Source: Dipteris shenzhenensis (Eukaryota). Taken from it: a DNA stretch of 64,000 nucleotides. The translations under genes were made by a program, and so were the position numbers. The notes below the pieces were generated by a model. The model had not been told where the DNA came from. It made no database searches and was given only the letters and a program-made list of their open reading frames with translations. Shown here piece by piece: positions 51,540 through 64,000 of this stretch. The stretch lies in NCBI GenBank assembly GCA_047967505.1, contig CM106538.1; one strand, 5' to 3'. Each line of letters starts with the position of its first letter. Position 1 is the stretch's first letter.

Positions 51540-54500
51540 TCATCCACCGGATGGTGGGCAGAAAAAACAGCTCACAGGGAGCAATACAAAATACAGCAAA
51601 GTGCTGGAGAATACTGAAGAAGTGGGCCTTTTATAGGCACTGCCCAGGCCCCTTGAGTTGACCGACCAGCAGGGTCAGTACCCTGTCTGGTGGCCGACCA
51701 AGTGGGCCCTAGAAAACCGACCAGGGTTGGCCCTGGTCGGTGGCCCTGGTTGGGCCGACTTGGCCTACCACAGGCCCCTATTTAAGGGTGCCCTGTGCAG
51801 CCAGTCTGTGCAGCTGCAGAAGCCTCCAAGTGAGGCCTAAGGCCCCTTATATTCCTGCTGTTGCAGGCAGCGACCAGCCCGTGTGTTGGTCGCCTCTTTC
51901 TGCCTCTGTTTCTGGCCTGAGTCACTCTCTCCCAGCCCCCCTACCTCTCACTGCCCCTTGTCCCCTCAAATCGGGGGCTCACAGGTGGGCACACTGAGTT
52001 TCTAACACCCCTCCTCAATGTCACAACTGTGGGCCAATCCCCATGCGTTTGATGAGGTGCTCCATCTGTTCTCGAGGGAGTGCCTTCGTGAAGAGGTCGG
52101 ACAAGTTATCGGCAATCGGGCAGTACATGAGCTCGATCACGTCGTCGATGATGAGCTCTCGGACAAAGTGGTAATGAACTTCCATGTGCTTGGTCCGCGC
52201 ATGGTACACTGGATTCTTGGCAATGGCTATGCAACTCTGATTGTCGCACATCAGCACTGTTGCGTCCTCCTGACATACGTCCATGTCCTCCAGAATCCAC
52301 CTCAACCACAGTGTCTCACAGGCTGCTGTACACGCAGCTCTGTACTTTGCCTCTGTAGATGAAAGGGCCACTATGGGTTGTTTCTTACTCAACCAAGAGA
52401 TGGCACCAGATGCAAGTAAAAAACAATACCCTGTTGTCGATCTTCTGGTGTCAGCATCACCCGCCCAATCACTGTCACAGAACCCGCCTAGTTCGATGCC
52501 TTTGGTGTAGGTGATCCCGTAGGTGCAAGTATCCTTTAGATACCTCAGCACCCATTGACACGTCCCAGCACTCCTGAAACCCCTGATCTGCAAAATAACA
52601 ACACACAACATCAGAACTGAGCAGGCTGCTCACCACCCAACCGTGACATCTACGGGATGTGATCCCGAATCAGAAGATGTCCCCTCCGAGCCACGAGCTG
52701 AGCTACTGGCACGAACTCCCAATCAGATCCAAACCAGCCTGGTGTCCCATACCACCAGGTGGCGCTGTGAAGCCCTGGATCTGCCACTGGGCCTTGGGCT
52801 ACGCTAAGATGCAGGCGCGCGTCTGCGACTCAATCCAGGATCAGACCTAGCACCTGGGAACGAGACTTGCTCCCAACTGCACACTGAGAACTGAACCCCC
52901 TGGGCCTCTTTTATAGACTCGGGCCCTGGCGCCAAAAATAGCGAAGACCTATAAATAGTTCGTGCCCTTGCCACTCAACCCGAGAATCAAGCCTGCCTAA
53001 CTCTAAGCCTCCCCAGGCTAACCTGAGCTAGTTCTGTGTACCTAGTACACGTCAGATACCAATCCGTGCACATGACATACTCCCCCTCCTCTAAGAACTC
53101 ACTCCTGAGTTCGCTAAGAAATCCGGAAATGTTCTTTGGAGGTTTTGTAATGTCTCCCATGTTGCATCCTCCTCAACACGATCCTTCCACTTGATCTTGT
53201 ATTCCGTGATAGTACGATTTCGAATGTCTTTCACGAAATTCAAGAATAGATTCAGGTTCGTGAGGAATAAAAGTCAAATCTGTAACTTCTATAATCTCAT
53301 GAGGAGAAACAAGTTGATCATCTGCACCCAATACTTCTTTCAGTCTACTGACATGAAAGACTGGATGTACTTTAACATCAGGAGGCAATTCTAGTCGATA
53401 TGCAACTGGTCCAAATCTTTTAATGACCTTGAAAGAACCACAGTATCTGGGGGATAATTTCGGAACCAAACCAGTACTTAGGCTCTTGGATTCCTTAGGA
53501 ATTCTCAAATATACCATCGTTCCTTCAGAGAACTCTCTGGGTGAACGATGTCTATTAGCATAAAATCTGTCCCGATCTTGGGCACTTCTAATAGACTCCT
53601 TGGCAAACTGCAACATCTCCTGCATGTCTTGCAAGAAGTTCTTAGCAGCATCATTTTGAATCCCTTTTAATCCTACCATAACTGGTGACTTAGGTTGAAA
53701 CCCGTACATAAGCATAAAAGGACTGTAACCTGTACTAGAATGCTTTGCACTGTTGTAAGCAAATTCAATCATGGGTAGATAATCTTCCCATGAAGACTGT
53801 CTCTTAGATACATATGCCCGAAGCATGTCTTCAACCAACTGGTTGACCTTTTCTGTACTGCCATCGGATTGTGCATGATCCGAGGAACTCATACTTAGAG
53901 TAGTTTCCAACTTCTCAAATACAAGTGTCCAGAAGTTACTTGTAAACTTTGAGTCCCTGTCACTGACTATGTCAGATGGCAAACCATACAGCTTGAACAA
54001 GTGGTCCACAAACTCGTGAGCCAACTGAACAGCTGAAATAGTTGTTCTTGTAGGTAAGAATCTAGCCATTTTTGTCAAACGGTCTACTATGACCCAAATA
54101 GAGTCATGACCCTTGCGCGTTCGAGGTAAACCAGTAATAAAATCCATGGAAATACTTTCCCATTTATTACTTGGAATCTGTAATGGCTGTAATAAGCCCG
54201 CGCTTCTAAGGCGTTCAGCCTTAGTAACCTGACAAACCCGGCAACCTACTACATAGTTCTCTATAAATGCACGCATCTTAGGCCAATAAAAGGTATGCTT
54301 CACAAGAGACAGAGTCCTATGTATACCTGGATGTCCCGCACTAGGAGCATCATGACACTCCCAGAGAATCTTGGATTTAAGGTCCAGAACATTAGGCACA
54401 CAAATCTTTTCATTTCGGAACAGCAAGCCGTTCCTAATCATCCACTGACCTCCCGCCACCTGTATCCTAGGTGGCACAATCCCTGAGTCCTGGTCAACCA

Positions 54501-57500
54501 TGGAGCTCCCATCCTAGACTCTCTGCCAATAAGAACTGAAATGACTATCAGTTGCGTATAGCCCTCTCAAGGATTGAAATAGGTCTGAGGATATTTCCGT
54601 AAATAACAAAGCATTTACAAACTTAACTTGACTTAAGGCATCCGCCACACTATTCAACGAACCCTTACGATAACGTATGTCGAAATCAAAATCCTGCATT
54701 AACTCTGCCCATCTAGCTTTCCTTCCTCTCAATTCTGATCCATCACACACATACTTAATTGACTGGTGATCAGTCCATACAAGAAACTTTGAACCATACA
54801 AGTAGTGTCTCCAAACCTTGAGAGCATACACTACTACATAAAGTTCCTTCTCCAGTGTGGGCCAACGATACTGAGTGTCGTCTAGCTTCTTACTCTCAAA
54901 AGCTACAGGTCTGCCCTCTTGGAATAGAGCTGCCCCAATCACATAATCACTCGCATCGGCCTCTAAAACATAAGGCCGGGTAGGATCGGGTAATGCAAGA
55001 ACGGGTGCTTCCTTGATAGATAACTTCAAGGTTTCAAAAGCCTTGTTCATTGCATCATTCCAAGGGATCGGCTGAGTAGACCTGCGTCCACGACCTTTCA
55101 ATATGTTGGTCAAAGGTGCCGTGATATGTGAATAATCACGCACTGACTTCCGAAGAAATACCATAAATCCTAGGAAAGAACGAAGTTGTTTCACAGTCTG
55201 AGGGATAGGCCATTCTAAAACCTTCTGGATACGATCCAGATCAATGCTAATACCTTCAGAAGAAATCTTGTGTCCTAAGTAAATGATCTCCTTCATAAAG
55301 AAGTCACATTTACTCATCTTGGCATAAAGCTTATGCTGTCTTAGAACAAGTAAGACAACCCCGAGGTGTCCTATATGATCCTCAAGCGTTTTACTATATA
55401 CCAAGATATCATCTAAGAACACGACAACAAATTTGCCCAGATAATCTCTGAACAAATCGTTCATCATCTGCTGAAAAGTAGCAGGAGCATTAATCAAACC
55501 AAAAGGTAATACGAGGAACTCGTAATGACCATACCTAGTCCGGAATGCGGTCCTATCTATGTGTTTAGCATAGATACGGATTTGGTGATAACCCGTACGC
55601 AAATCAATCTTAGTGAAATACTTCGCTCCGGCCAAACGGTCTATCAAATCATCAGAACGAGGTAAAGGATAGCGGTTCTTAATTGTAACTTTATTTAATC
55701 GTTTATAATCTATACACATTCTCCAGGAAGAATCCTTCTTCTTTCTTAAGAGGACAGGTGCACCCCAAGGTGATTTACTTGGGCGGATATAGCCCATATT
55801 CAGGTAATCCTAAAGCTGGATAGCTAACTCATCCTCCTCTACCTGGCTCATCCTATAAGGTGGTACACTGATAGGTTGAGCCCCTGGGACTAAGTGTATG
55901 CGATGATCTACTGCCCGTTCTGGAGGCAAACCTTCCGGCAGTTGAGCTGGGAATACGTCCTTAAAAATATCTAACAACATTCTCAATTCCCGGTGTTCAA
56001 ACACACTTAATTCATTCTTGTTAATTACCGAAACAACAAATGAAGAAAGTGGAATCAAAACACACTGATAGACATCATAATGAGAAGTGTTTAATATATT
56101 CCGAAGCTGCATCGCAGATACAATAGGCCCCTGGCTCATCCTATAAGGTGGTACACTGATAGGTTGAGCCCCTGGGACTAAGTGTATGCGATGATCTACT
56201 GCCCGTTCTGGAGGCAAACCTTCCGGCAGTTGAGCTGGGAATACGTCCTTAAAATTATCTAACAACATTCTCAATTCCCGGTGTTCAAACACACTTAATT
56301 CATTCTTGTTAATTACCGAAACAACAAATGAAGAAAGTGGAATCAAAACACACTGATAGACATCATAATGAGAAGTGTTTAATATATTCCGAAGCTGCAT
56401 CGCAGATACAATAGGCCCCTGAGAAGGGGGAATCTTATCACACTGAATACAAAATTGGGTGTCCTTGTCTACAAAAGAAAGCGTATGCTCCGTCCATCCG
56501 ATCTGAATATTGTGGGTTTTAAACCACTCTATTCCGATCAGCAAGTCTACATGCTCTAGATGCATAACATAACATGTGAGAGCTCCTGTGTAGGCCTGAA
56601 TCCGAATGGGAAGCGCTTCAACCTTGCGATCCCAAAACTGCTTCCCAGCTGGAAGCTGCACCTCGTAGGTGTGGTCGCTAGGTACTGTGGACAGCCCCAT
56701 CTTCTGCACAAATTTGTAATTAACAAAATTGTGAGAGCTGCCCGGATCAAAGAGAATGTGAACCTGTTGGTCCCTAACTTCTCCATAAACTCGGAAAAGA
56801 TCATGGGAACCAAACAACGAAGTATTAAAGGTACAATTACAAGAAAGGGGGCAGGTAATGACATTTACTGAAATACCTGTCATCGTGACTTGGTTGGCTC
56901 CCTTGGCTGCGGTACGTGGACCTGCCTGGAGCTTCGGTCCTAGCACCAACTTTTGGTTCTTCCGCTTAGGACACTCATTCTTTGTGTGGCCCCGCTCCTC
57001 GCAATAAAAACACCGGCCTTCTTTCTTGAGCCTGAGAGTGCGAAGGAAACGGGCCTTACCATTCTTCGCAGGAGTTAAGCTTTTCCTGGAGGCGTTGTCC
57101 GTAGACTTCGTCTCCCCAATACCAGTTGCATGCTGAAAGAACTTGCATTTGTTCTTTCCACTCGTTTCGGTAACTGTGGTTGCCTTGGTACCGGCCATGG
57201 TATCATCATATATGCGCACATATGTCATGGCCTCCTGCAATTTTGTGCACTTGTTATTCTTAATCTGTAACTTATAGGAGTCTGGCAAACCATCCACGAA
57301 AAAACCTAACAAGGTTACAGGATCCATTTTAGTGGCCCTGGTTTGCAGATCCCTAAATCTTTGAAGATAAACTTCAAAAGTTAAATTCAATTTTGACATA
57401 TCGAGGGCCTTGAGCTTGCCGACGATATCGTAGTCATCTTCCTTCTTCAGGAACTCCTTCCTAAAGATACCCTCAAATTCTGTCCAAGTATCAGGCTTAG

Positions 57501-60500
57501 GCTGGAGTTCTTTCCACCAAAGCAAGGCTTTACCTGACATAAACCCTGTTGCCAGCTGAATCTTTTTCTCGTCTGGATAGGGGTGAAATTGGAAGTGTAC
57601 TTGCCACTTGTGCAACCAAGTGTCAACTACCTCCTTTGTTCTTGATCTTTGGTCACCTGGAAAGGGATCCGGAGTGATATTCGGGCCTAGCACGGAAGCC
57701 ATGGCATCCACATGCGTGAGCGCCTGAACCGTGCTAGCCAGAAGAGTCAAAGTTGCTTGTATCCCTTGGAGTTGCTGTGTCAACCCCGATTGATTAGCAT
57801 TGACCTGCTCAAATTTACCATCAAGAGCAGTCGTAAACTCACTGAAGGCTTTCTTAGTTATCAGGTCGTCATAGAGACCCTGATCATCCTCTCCCACTGG
57901 AGTGTAATCTAAGTCCTGCTCTCCCATAGTGAACTCGGGATTTGGAGCATCAGACATGGCTGAAATCTGATTTGATTACAAACGGAGAGAAATAACTGAC
58001 TGAAACGAAGCACAGAGGAAGATGGGACAGAAGAAAACCGTCCCAGATGAAGCTGACGGAAGGAGATGCTGAAATCTGGCAAATCGGAAGACCACGTGTC
58101 CTGGAGCCTCCCCGAACCCGCAAACCGGATGCATAGGCTGCAGTAAAAACTGTACGGACTGCTGACGTGGCCTGTACGGCTGCTGGCGCAGGCCGTACGG
58201 TAGCTGCAGGTACAGGCGCAGTCGCTGTTCGGAGCAGCAGCAGGTACAGGAGCAGGCGGAACAGTCCGTACAGGCTGTACGGCTGTCGCTGGAGCTGTAC
58301 GGCTGTCGCTGGAGCTGCGGGAGCTGCGCAGGGCTGACGCAGGCAAGGACTGATGCAGGGGAGCTGATCGAAACAGGGCGCAGGCTGTACGGACGAGGCT
58401 GGCTGGGCACGAAACTCGAGGTAAGATCTCGAATCTTGGGGCTGCTTGTGGGCAGCCTAGCACCCAGCCCTCACCTATATAGGGTGCAGGGCTGCCTGAT
58501 TTGGAAGCTGGGCTTCCAAAAAAGGCTGAGCCCCTCCAGCTTTGGAGGGGTGCTTTTTCAAAAAAAGCACCTGAGCCCCTCCAACTTTGGAGAAAGCACC
58601 TTCCTCCTGCGCAGGCTGCACGCAGCCCTAGGCGCAGGCTGTTCGCAGCCTGTTGCGCAGGCTGTGGACAGCCTATTGCGCTGGCTGTGGACAGCCTATT
58701 GCGCTGGCTGTGGACAGCCTATTACACAGGCTGTCCCGCCTCTACTGCCTCGCCTACTGCGCCCCTTCCTAAGCTCCGCATCCCTTCGTCCCTTGCAGTC
58801 TTTTTCCTGCACATCGCTCCTTCTTTTCTGCTCTCTTTCTCCTCCCTCTAAACTTCTCTCCGTAGCCTTCAGAAATTTCGATTCTATCTCACTCCTTTTC
58901 CTTTTCCAGATATCTCTTCACCCCTTCTACCCCAGGTAGTCAGCAAAAACGCAGCAGGAAATTTCGAATTTTAGGGCATACCTGGAAGAGAAATCCGTCA
59001 AAATTCTCGCATCAGAAGTTCCTACCTCAGGAGTTGGCTCTGATACCAACTGACACGTCCCAGCACTCCTGAAACCCCTGATCTGCAAAATAACCACACA
59101 CAACATCAGAACTGAGCAGGCTGCTCACCACCCAACCGTGACATCTACGGGATGTGATCCCGAATCAGAAGATGTCCCCTCCGAGCCACGAGCTGAGCTA
59201 CTGGCACGAACTCCCAATCAAATCCAAACCAGCCTGGTGTCCCATACCACCAGGTGGCGCTATGAAGCCCTGGATCTGCCACTGGGCCTTGGGCTACGCT
59301 AAGATGCAGGCGCGCGTCCGCGACTCAATCCAGGATCAGACCTAGCACCTGGGAACGAGACTTGCTCCCAACTGCACAACACTGAGAACTGAACCCCCTG
59401 GGCCTCTTTTATAGACTCGGGCCCCGGCGCCAAAAATAGCGAAGACCTATAAATAGTTCGTGCCCTTGCCACTCAACCCGAGAATCAAGCCTGCCTAACT
59501 CTAAGCCTCCCCAGGCTAACCTGAGCTAGTTCTGTGTACCTAGTACACGTCAGATACCAATCCGTGCACATGACACCCATAAACCTGCATCCCAATGACT
59601 CTTCCTAGGAGAAGCAGAGAACTGGCATAATAGCCCAACTGCATAACAAATATCAGGTCGAGTATTGGTAAGGTAAAGCAAGCTTCCTACCAATCGTCGG
59701 TACAAAGGAGTATCGACTGGCTGAGAAGTGTCGTGAGCACTTAGCTTGAGCCCGACCTCCATGGGAGTTACTGCTGTCCTGCAATCCTCCATCTGAAATC
59801 TCTTCAGAAGTTCTCTGCAATATTTCTCCTGTGAAATGAAGATCCCGTCTTTGGCCTGCTTTACTTCTATCCCAAGGAAGTAGTGTAATAACCCAAGGTC
59901 AGTCATCTCAAACTCAGACATGAGTAGCTCCTTGACCTGTGAAATCTTCTTGACATGGTCACCTGTCAAGATAAGATCATCAACATAGAGGATAAGTACC
60001 AGTCACAATCCCTTCTCAATGAACAAGTAAAGGTTTGCCTCAGAAGGACTCGGACTTAGCCCTATCTTATGAAAGAATACATCAATCCTTTGGTACCAAG
60101 CTTTGGGGGCCTGTTTCAGCCCGTATAACTCCTTTTTTAACCTGCAGACCTTTAATGGGGACCCTGGATCTTGAAAGCTCGATGGCTGCTCCACGTATAC
60201 CTCCTCCTCGAGGGTTCCATTAAGGAATGCGAACTTCACGTACATTTGAAAAATGGGCCACTAGAATTGGGCAGCAAGGGCAATCACTGTCCGGATAGTA
60301 ACCATGCGAGCTGTGGGAGCAAAAGTTTCATCAAAATCCATGCCTTCAGTTAGAGCAAAACCTTTGACCACTAACCTTGCTTTATACTTATCCAAGCTGC
60401 CGTCCGATTTGTATTTAAGTTTGTATACCCACTTAGTGCCAATGACTTTCCATCGTGGGGGCCTGGCCACTAAGTCCCAGGTATTGTTCTTCAGGATAGC

Positions 60501-61685
60501 ATCCATCTCTGCCTGCATGGCAGCCTACCATTCTGGATTGTCCTTCGCATCCTCGCAGGTCCTTGGCTCGTCAAGCTGAGCCACCAACGCAAAATTCACG
60601 GATAGAATCTTTTGAAGACATTGGGACCGACGCAATCCGAAACTGCTACTCTCAGGTAATTCGGTGACCCCAAACTCTTCCAATGTCCTTAGGTACCACT
60701 GGGGCAACCTTTTCTGCTTCTCAGTGGGAGGAGGAACTGGAACTGCTTCTCGAACATCTTGCTCTTCCTCAGTATCTTGTGGAACATCAGCTTCTGATTT
60801 CACCACCTTTTGGATGGTCAACCTGAGGCGGGGTGGGTTCGGGGGTTGAACAATCTCCTCCTCCTCAATCTGAGGCTCCTCCTAGGGTTCAGGATCCTTT
60901 TCCTCGAAGACAGCATCCCAACTGATAAGGATCTGCTTCTTTACTGGGTCGAAGAGTCTATAGGCCTTGGATTCTTCGCTATACCCAACAAAGATACATT
61001 TTCTGCTCCGGGAATCAAGCTTGGTCCTATCTTCCTTGTGCACATGCACCCATGCGATAGAACCAAAAATGCGAAGATGTGTGTGAGAGGGCTTCTTACC
61101 ATAAAATGCCTCATATGGAGTCTTGTGCTTGACAGCCTTCGTCTTAGTCCTATTGAGAATGTGTACGGCTGTATTGATAGCTTCACTCCAATAGGCTTTA
61201 GAAAGGTTCCTCCCTCGGAGCATAGCAAGCCCTGTATCTGTGGTGGTTCTATGCTTCCTCTCGGCTACCCCGTTTTGCTGAAAAGTATGTGCTGTGGTGA
61301 GTTGTCGCTTGATCCCATGCTTGCGACAAAATGTGTTGAACTCATTTAAGGTGAATTCTCCTCCCCTGTCTGTGCGGAACGTCTTGACATCCTCCCCTAT
61401 CTCCTTTTCAACTCTGGCCTTCCAGTCCTTGAACTTCTCGAAAGCCTATGACTTTTTAGCCAAACAATATACCCACGTCATTCTACTGAAATCATCCACA
61501 AAGAGAAGTGAGTACCTGGATCCTGCCCACGATGCTATAGACATTGGGCCACAAATGTCGGCATGAACCAACTCAAGTGGTTTGCTGGCCCGAAACGAGG
61601 CCTCTTGTGGAAACTTATCCCTGTGCTGCTTGCCTTCTAGACAAGCCCTACAGACATTAGGACGAGCAGTGGGTGTAGAGGCTTC
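51370..61685 (-). mobile_element. 5'-truncated Ty1/copia element F, hosting gypsy G
   Basis: 3' LTR 51370-52007 (TGTTAG...CTAACA) and PPT. RH at 52021-52555. RT and IN resume at 59581 and break off in the integrase zinc-finger region near 61685. Confidence 0.9.
52556..59575 (-). mobile_element. Ty3/gypsy chromovirus-type element G, full length
   Basis: LTRs at 52556-53077 and 59051-59575 (5 substitutions and one 3-bp indel). TSD CCCAT. PBS 59036-59048. gag-PR 55810-57957 (CFYCEERGHTKNEC, LFDPGSSH), RT-RH 54514-55797 (FLDD), IN 53173-54501. Frameshifted chromodomain-like tail PESIL...EYKIKWK...EDATWE. Confidence 0.97.
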
Positions 61686-61689
61686 TAAA

Positions 61690-61885
61690 CGCTAATCCAT
61701 CTCGGTGAATAGCAAACTGTTTCTTTTTGCACTAGATGTTTTTTTTAATGTCCCATAGACCTGATGGTCTCCCGTGGATATCAATACTCTCTCTCTCTCT
61801 CTCTCTCTCTCTTCCTGAATTGAAGCGTGTAAATTGCTAAGTTCTATTGGAAATCTGTGACCTCATTTTACATTGGTATCAGAGC
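61690..61885 (+). mobile_element. Probable LTR 3' end (...TTTTACA at 61872) followed by a tRNA-Met PBS at 61874-61885
   Basis: CA terminus, a 1-nt spacer and a perfect TGGTATCAGAGC, with a (CT)n tract upstream. The left boundary is uncertain. Confidence 0.6.
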
Positions 61886-64000
61886 ACTTCTTTAGTGATA
61901 ATGATCCAGCCTGGGAGAAGTACGTGCAGGTTTGCTGCAATATATTCATGAAGGAGCAATCACTAAATAGTCAAAGGACACTTTTATACCATATGAGAGG
62001 CATACGTGAGCTTTTGAGGCAATCCAAAGGACAAGCAGCAAGAGGCCCCAGTCTAGCATACGTGGAAAAGCTGTGCTTCCGGTTCTGCCCACACTCTTGA
62101 CATCTAGATTTGTGTGTAGATTACCTTTGATACAACAATAGTGCTAGCCCAAGGAGCTTTAACAGATCCACGTTGACAGCCTGGAAAGGGAGCGTCCCAG
62201 GCGGACTTCAAATTGTAATACTTGACGATTTTGTGACTACTTCGTGTGTAAGGAGGGAGCAGGCTGTACTGAAAGTCAAAGGAGTGGGCGGTATAAAAGA
62301 GTTCAAGTACGGGCACATCCCTCACGCAGAAAGTTCTCCCTATAAAGCAATAATACCTGCCCGCCTTGAGAAAGAAAACAGGGCACAACGCATACCTAAA
62401 TTTGTGGGACAGTATACAGACAATACCATGGCCGATTCTAGAGATCACGAGAGTCATGCAATCATGACAACACGACATGGTTTACTTTAAACGTGCAATT
62501 GGTATAAATTCTGACGCTCGTTCCCATACTAAGGTTGATTTTGATTTTGACTCTATAGAGGCCTATTCACTGATCTTCCATTTAGATTCGCAACGTATGG
62601 TCACTAGAGCTTGTTGTTTTCTGAGTTTCATTATCATTTGAGCCTTTGGCATTGTCATCTCCAATTTATGACTCTGCCACAAAACTTAATCTATAACTTT
62701 CAATCTAAAGCTTGGAGGAGCATGATTTCCAACGCCAACCTTTTTTATAAAGATGAGTATAAAAATGCCATGCCAAAAATCGATTAACTTCACTTGATTT
62801 AACACACTCAACCCCAAAAAATAAAGGCAAATTAACCTAAGCTAAGTGGCTCATCTACCCCTCTTCTCTCCCTCGCAGAAAAACGTTGATAACCACAAAT
62901 ACTACAACCTGCACGATTCCTCCTATCATCCGGCCGCTGTTCTAAGTCCGGCTCAACCAGCTCCAACGTTGTCTTAACCGCCGCCTGTCCTGATATATGT
63001 CCGCCTGTCCTGATAAACGTCCGCCTGTCCCCAGCTGCCAGCCTTTGTATCCCTTGACAAGACTGTCCTGCGATATGTTTGCCTCATTACCGTCTTCAAA
63101 GTATCTCATAATCATCGAACCCTCCTCGCCATCTGAAATCGTATCAGTTATCTTGCACTCCACAGCATTATCAGAAACTGGAAATAGATCCTGGAGAGGA
63201 GAAGGGGGAGGAGCGGGAGAAGAGATTATGCTCCATTGCTCTCCCTTCTGGCTAAGGCGTCTTCGACAGAATTGGGGCATGTAGCCAGATTCTAGGGCAA
63301 AGAAGGGCATGGAAGGGGAGGCAAGAAGCAGGCGAAGGGGAGGAAGAAGGGCAACAAGGAAGAGGACCAAGGGAAGGACGCCATGGAAGCTGCGAGACGA
63401 GAAAACTGAGAGAGACAGAGAGAGAAAGAAATCCAAGCCATATAGTATTTCTAAGCTAGAAGTAAACTCCCATAAAATTGAAAACATGCTGAAGCCATAA
63501 AAAGAGTCCTTAGATGACAAAGTAGGATCAAGACATTTCTTACAATGATTGGCGTGTCTTTCTCAATTCACATGCATTCTTGACTTTCTAGTACTTATAA
63601 TGTCCCATTCAAGTTTTGGCCAACTCAATTAAAAAGATTTCATTGTTGTCACCCCTCCCCCAATGGTCCACAAAGGTTCCCAAAAGCACAGATTCTACTA
63701 ATTCTCGTAATATATTGACACCATAATATATGAGAGAGAGAGAGAGAGAGAGATTTTAAAAGATTAAGAAATCCAATTAAATCTTTGAAGAACAAACAAG
63801 TAAACAATAATATGCACCTTGTAAATACTTAAACTCAACATTAAAGGCATTGGACATATAGAGTATTTTACAAATGTTATGGGTAGTAACCAAAGAGGAC
63901 CTCCATGAAAGGTTCTCTCTCACACTAAAGATGTAACACTCAATGAAAAATCAAATAAAACATATGACTACAGACTTCTCTTTCTTCTTGCGAGAAAATT

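Noticed and set aside
51716-51741. Perfect 11-bp hairpin ACCGACCAGGG/CCCTGGTCGGT
   Set aside because: It lies within the GC-rich repeats of LTR F, where such palindromes are common
57909-58939. Several 116-184 aa ORFs
   Set aside because: They lie in the GC-rich, internally repetitive 5' leader of gypsy G and show no domain signal
62942-63520. 192-aa minus-strand ORF as a protein-coding gene
   Set aside because: No recognisable domain, and the N-terminal part derives from CT-rich sequence. Kept only as a possible 5' exon

Overview
Repeat-dominated eukaryotic DNA from a large-genome land plant (a fern is plausible, but that is inference). Most of the window is nested LTR retrotransposons. 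Four Ty1/copia elements retain both LTRs (10684-16600, 18613-24131, 24160-37099, and 31056-36621 nested in the last). A chromodomain-type Ty3/gypsy element (52556-59575) is nested in a truncated copia, and there are LINE, CACTA and LTR remnants. The one clearly intact host gene is a single-ORF SMARCAL1/HARP-like SNF2 helicase (46795-49602, minus) with three HARP-like repeats. A spliced bHLH(-ACT-like) gene or pseudogene lies at 643-1515 (minus). Removing the insertions reveals two hidden structures: a foldback/Pack-MULE-like unit with about 1-kb inverted arms carrying a protein-kinase remnant, and a long decayed ORF of unknown family. All five copia families also have an inverted repeat bracketing the PPT/3'-LTR junction. 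All calls were made by eye, without database searches.
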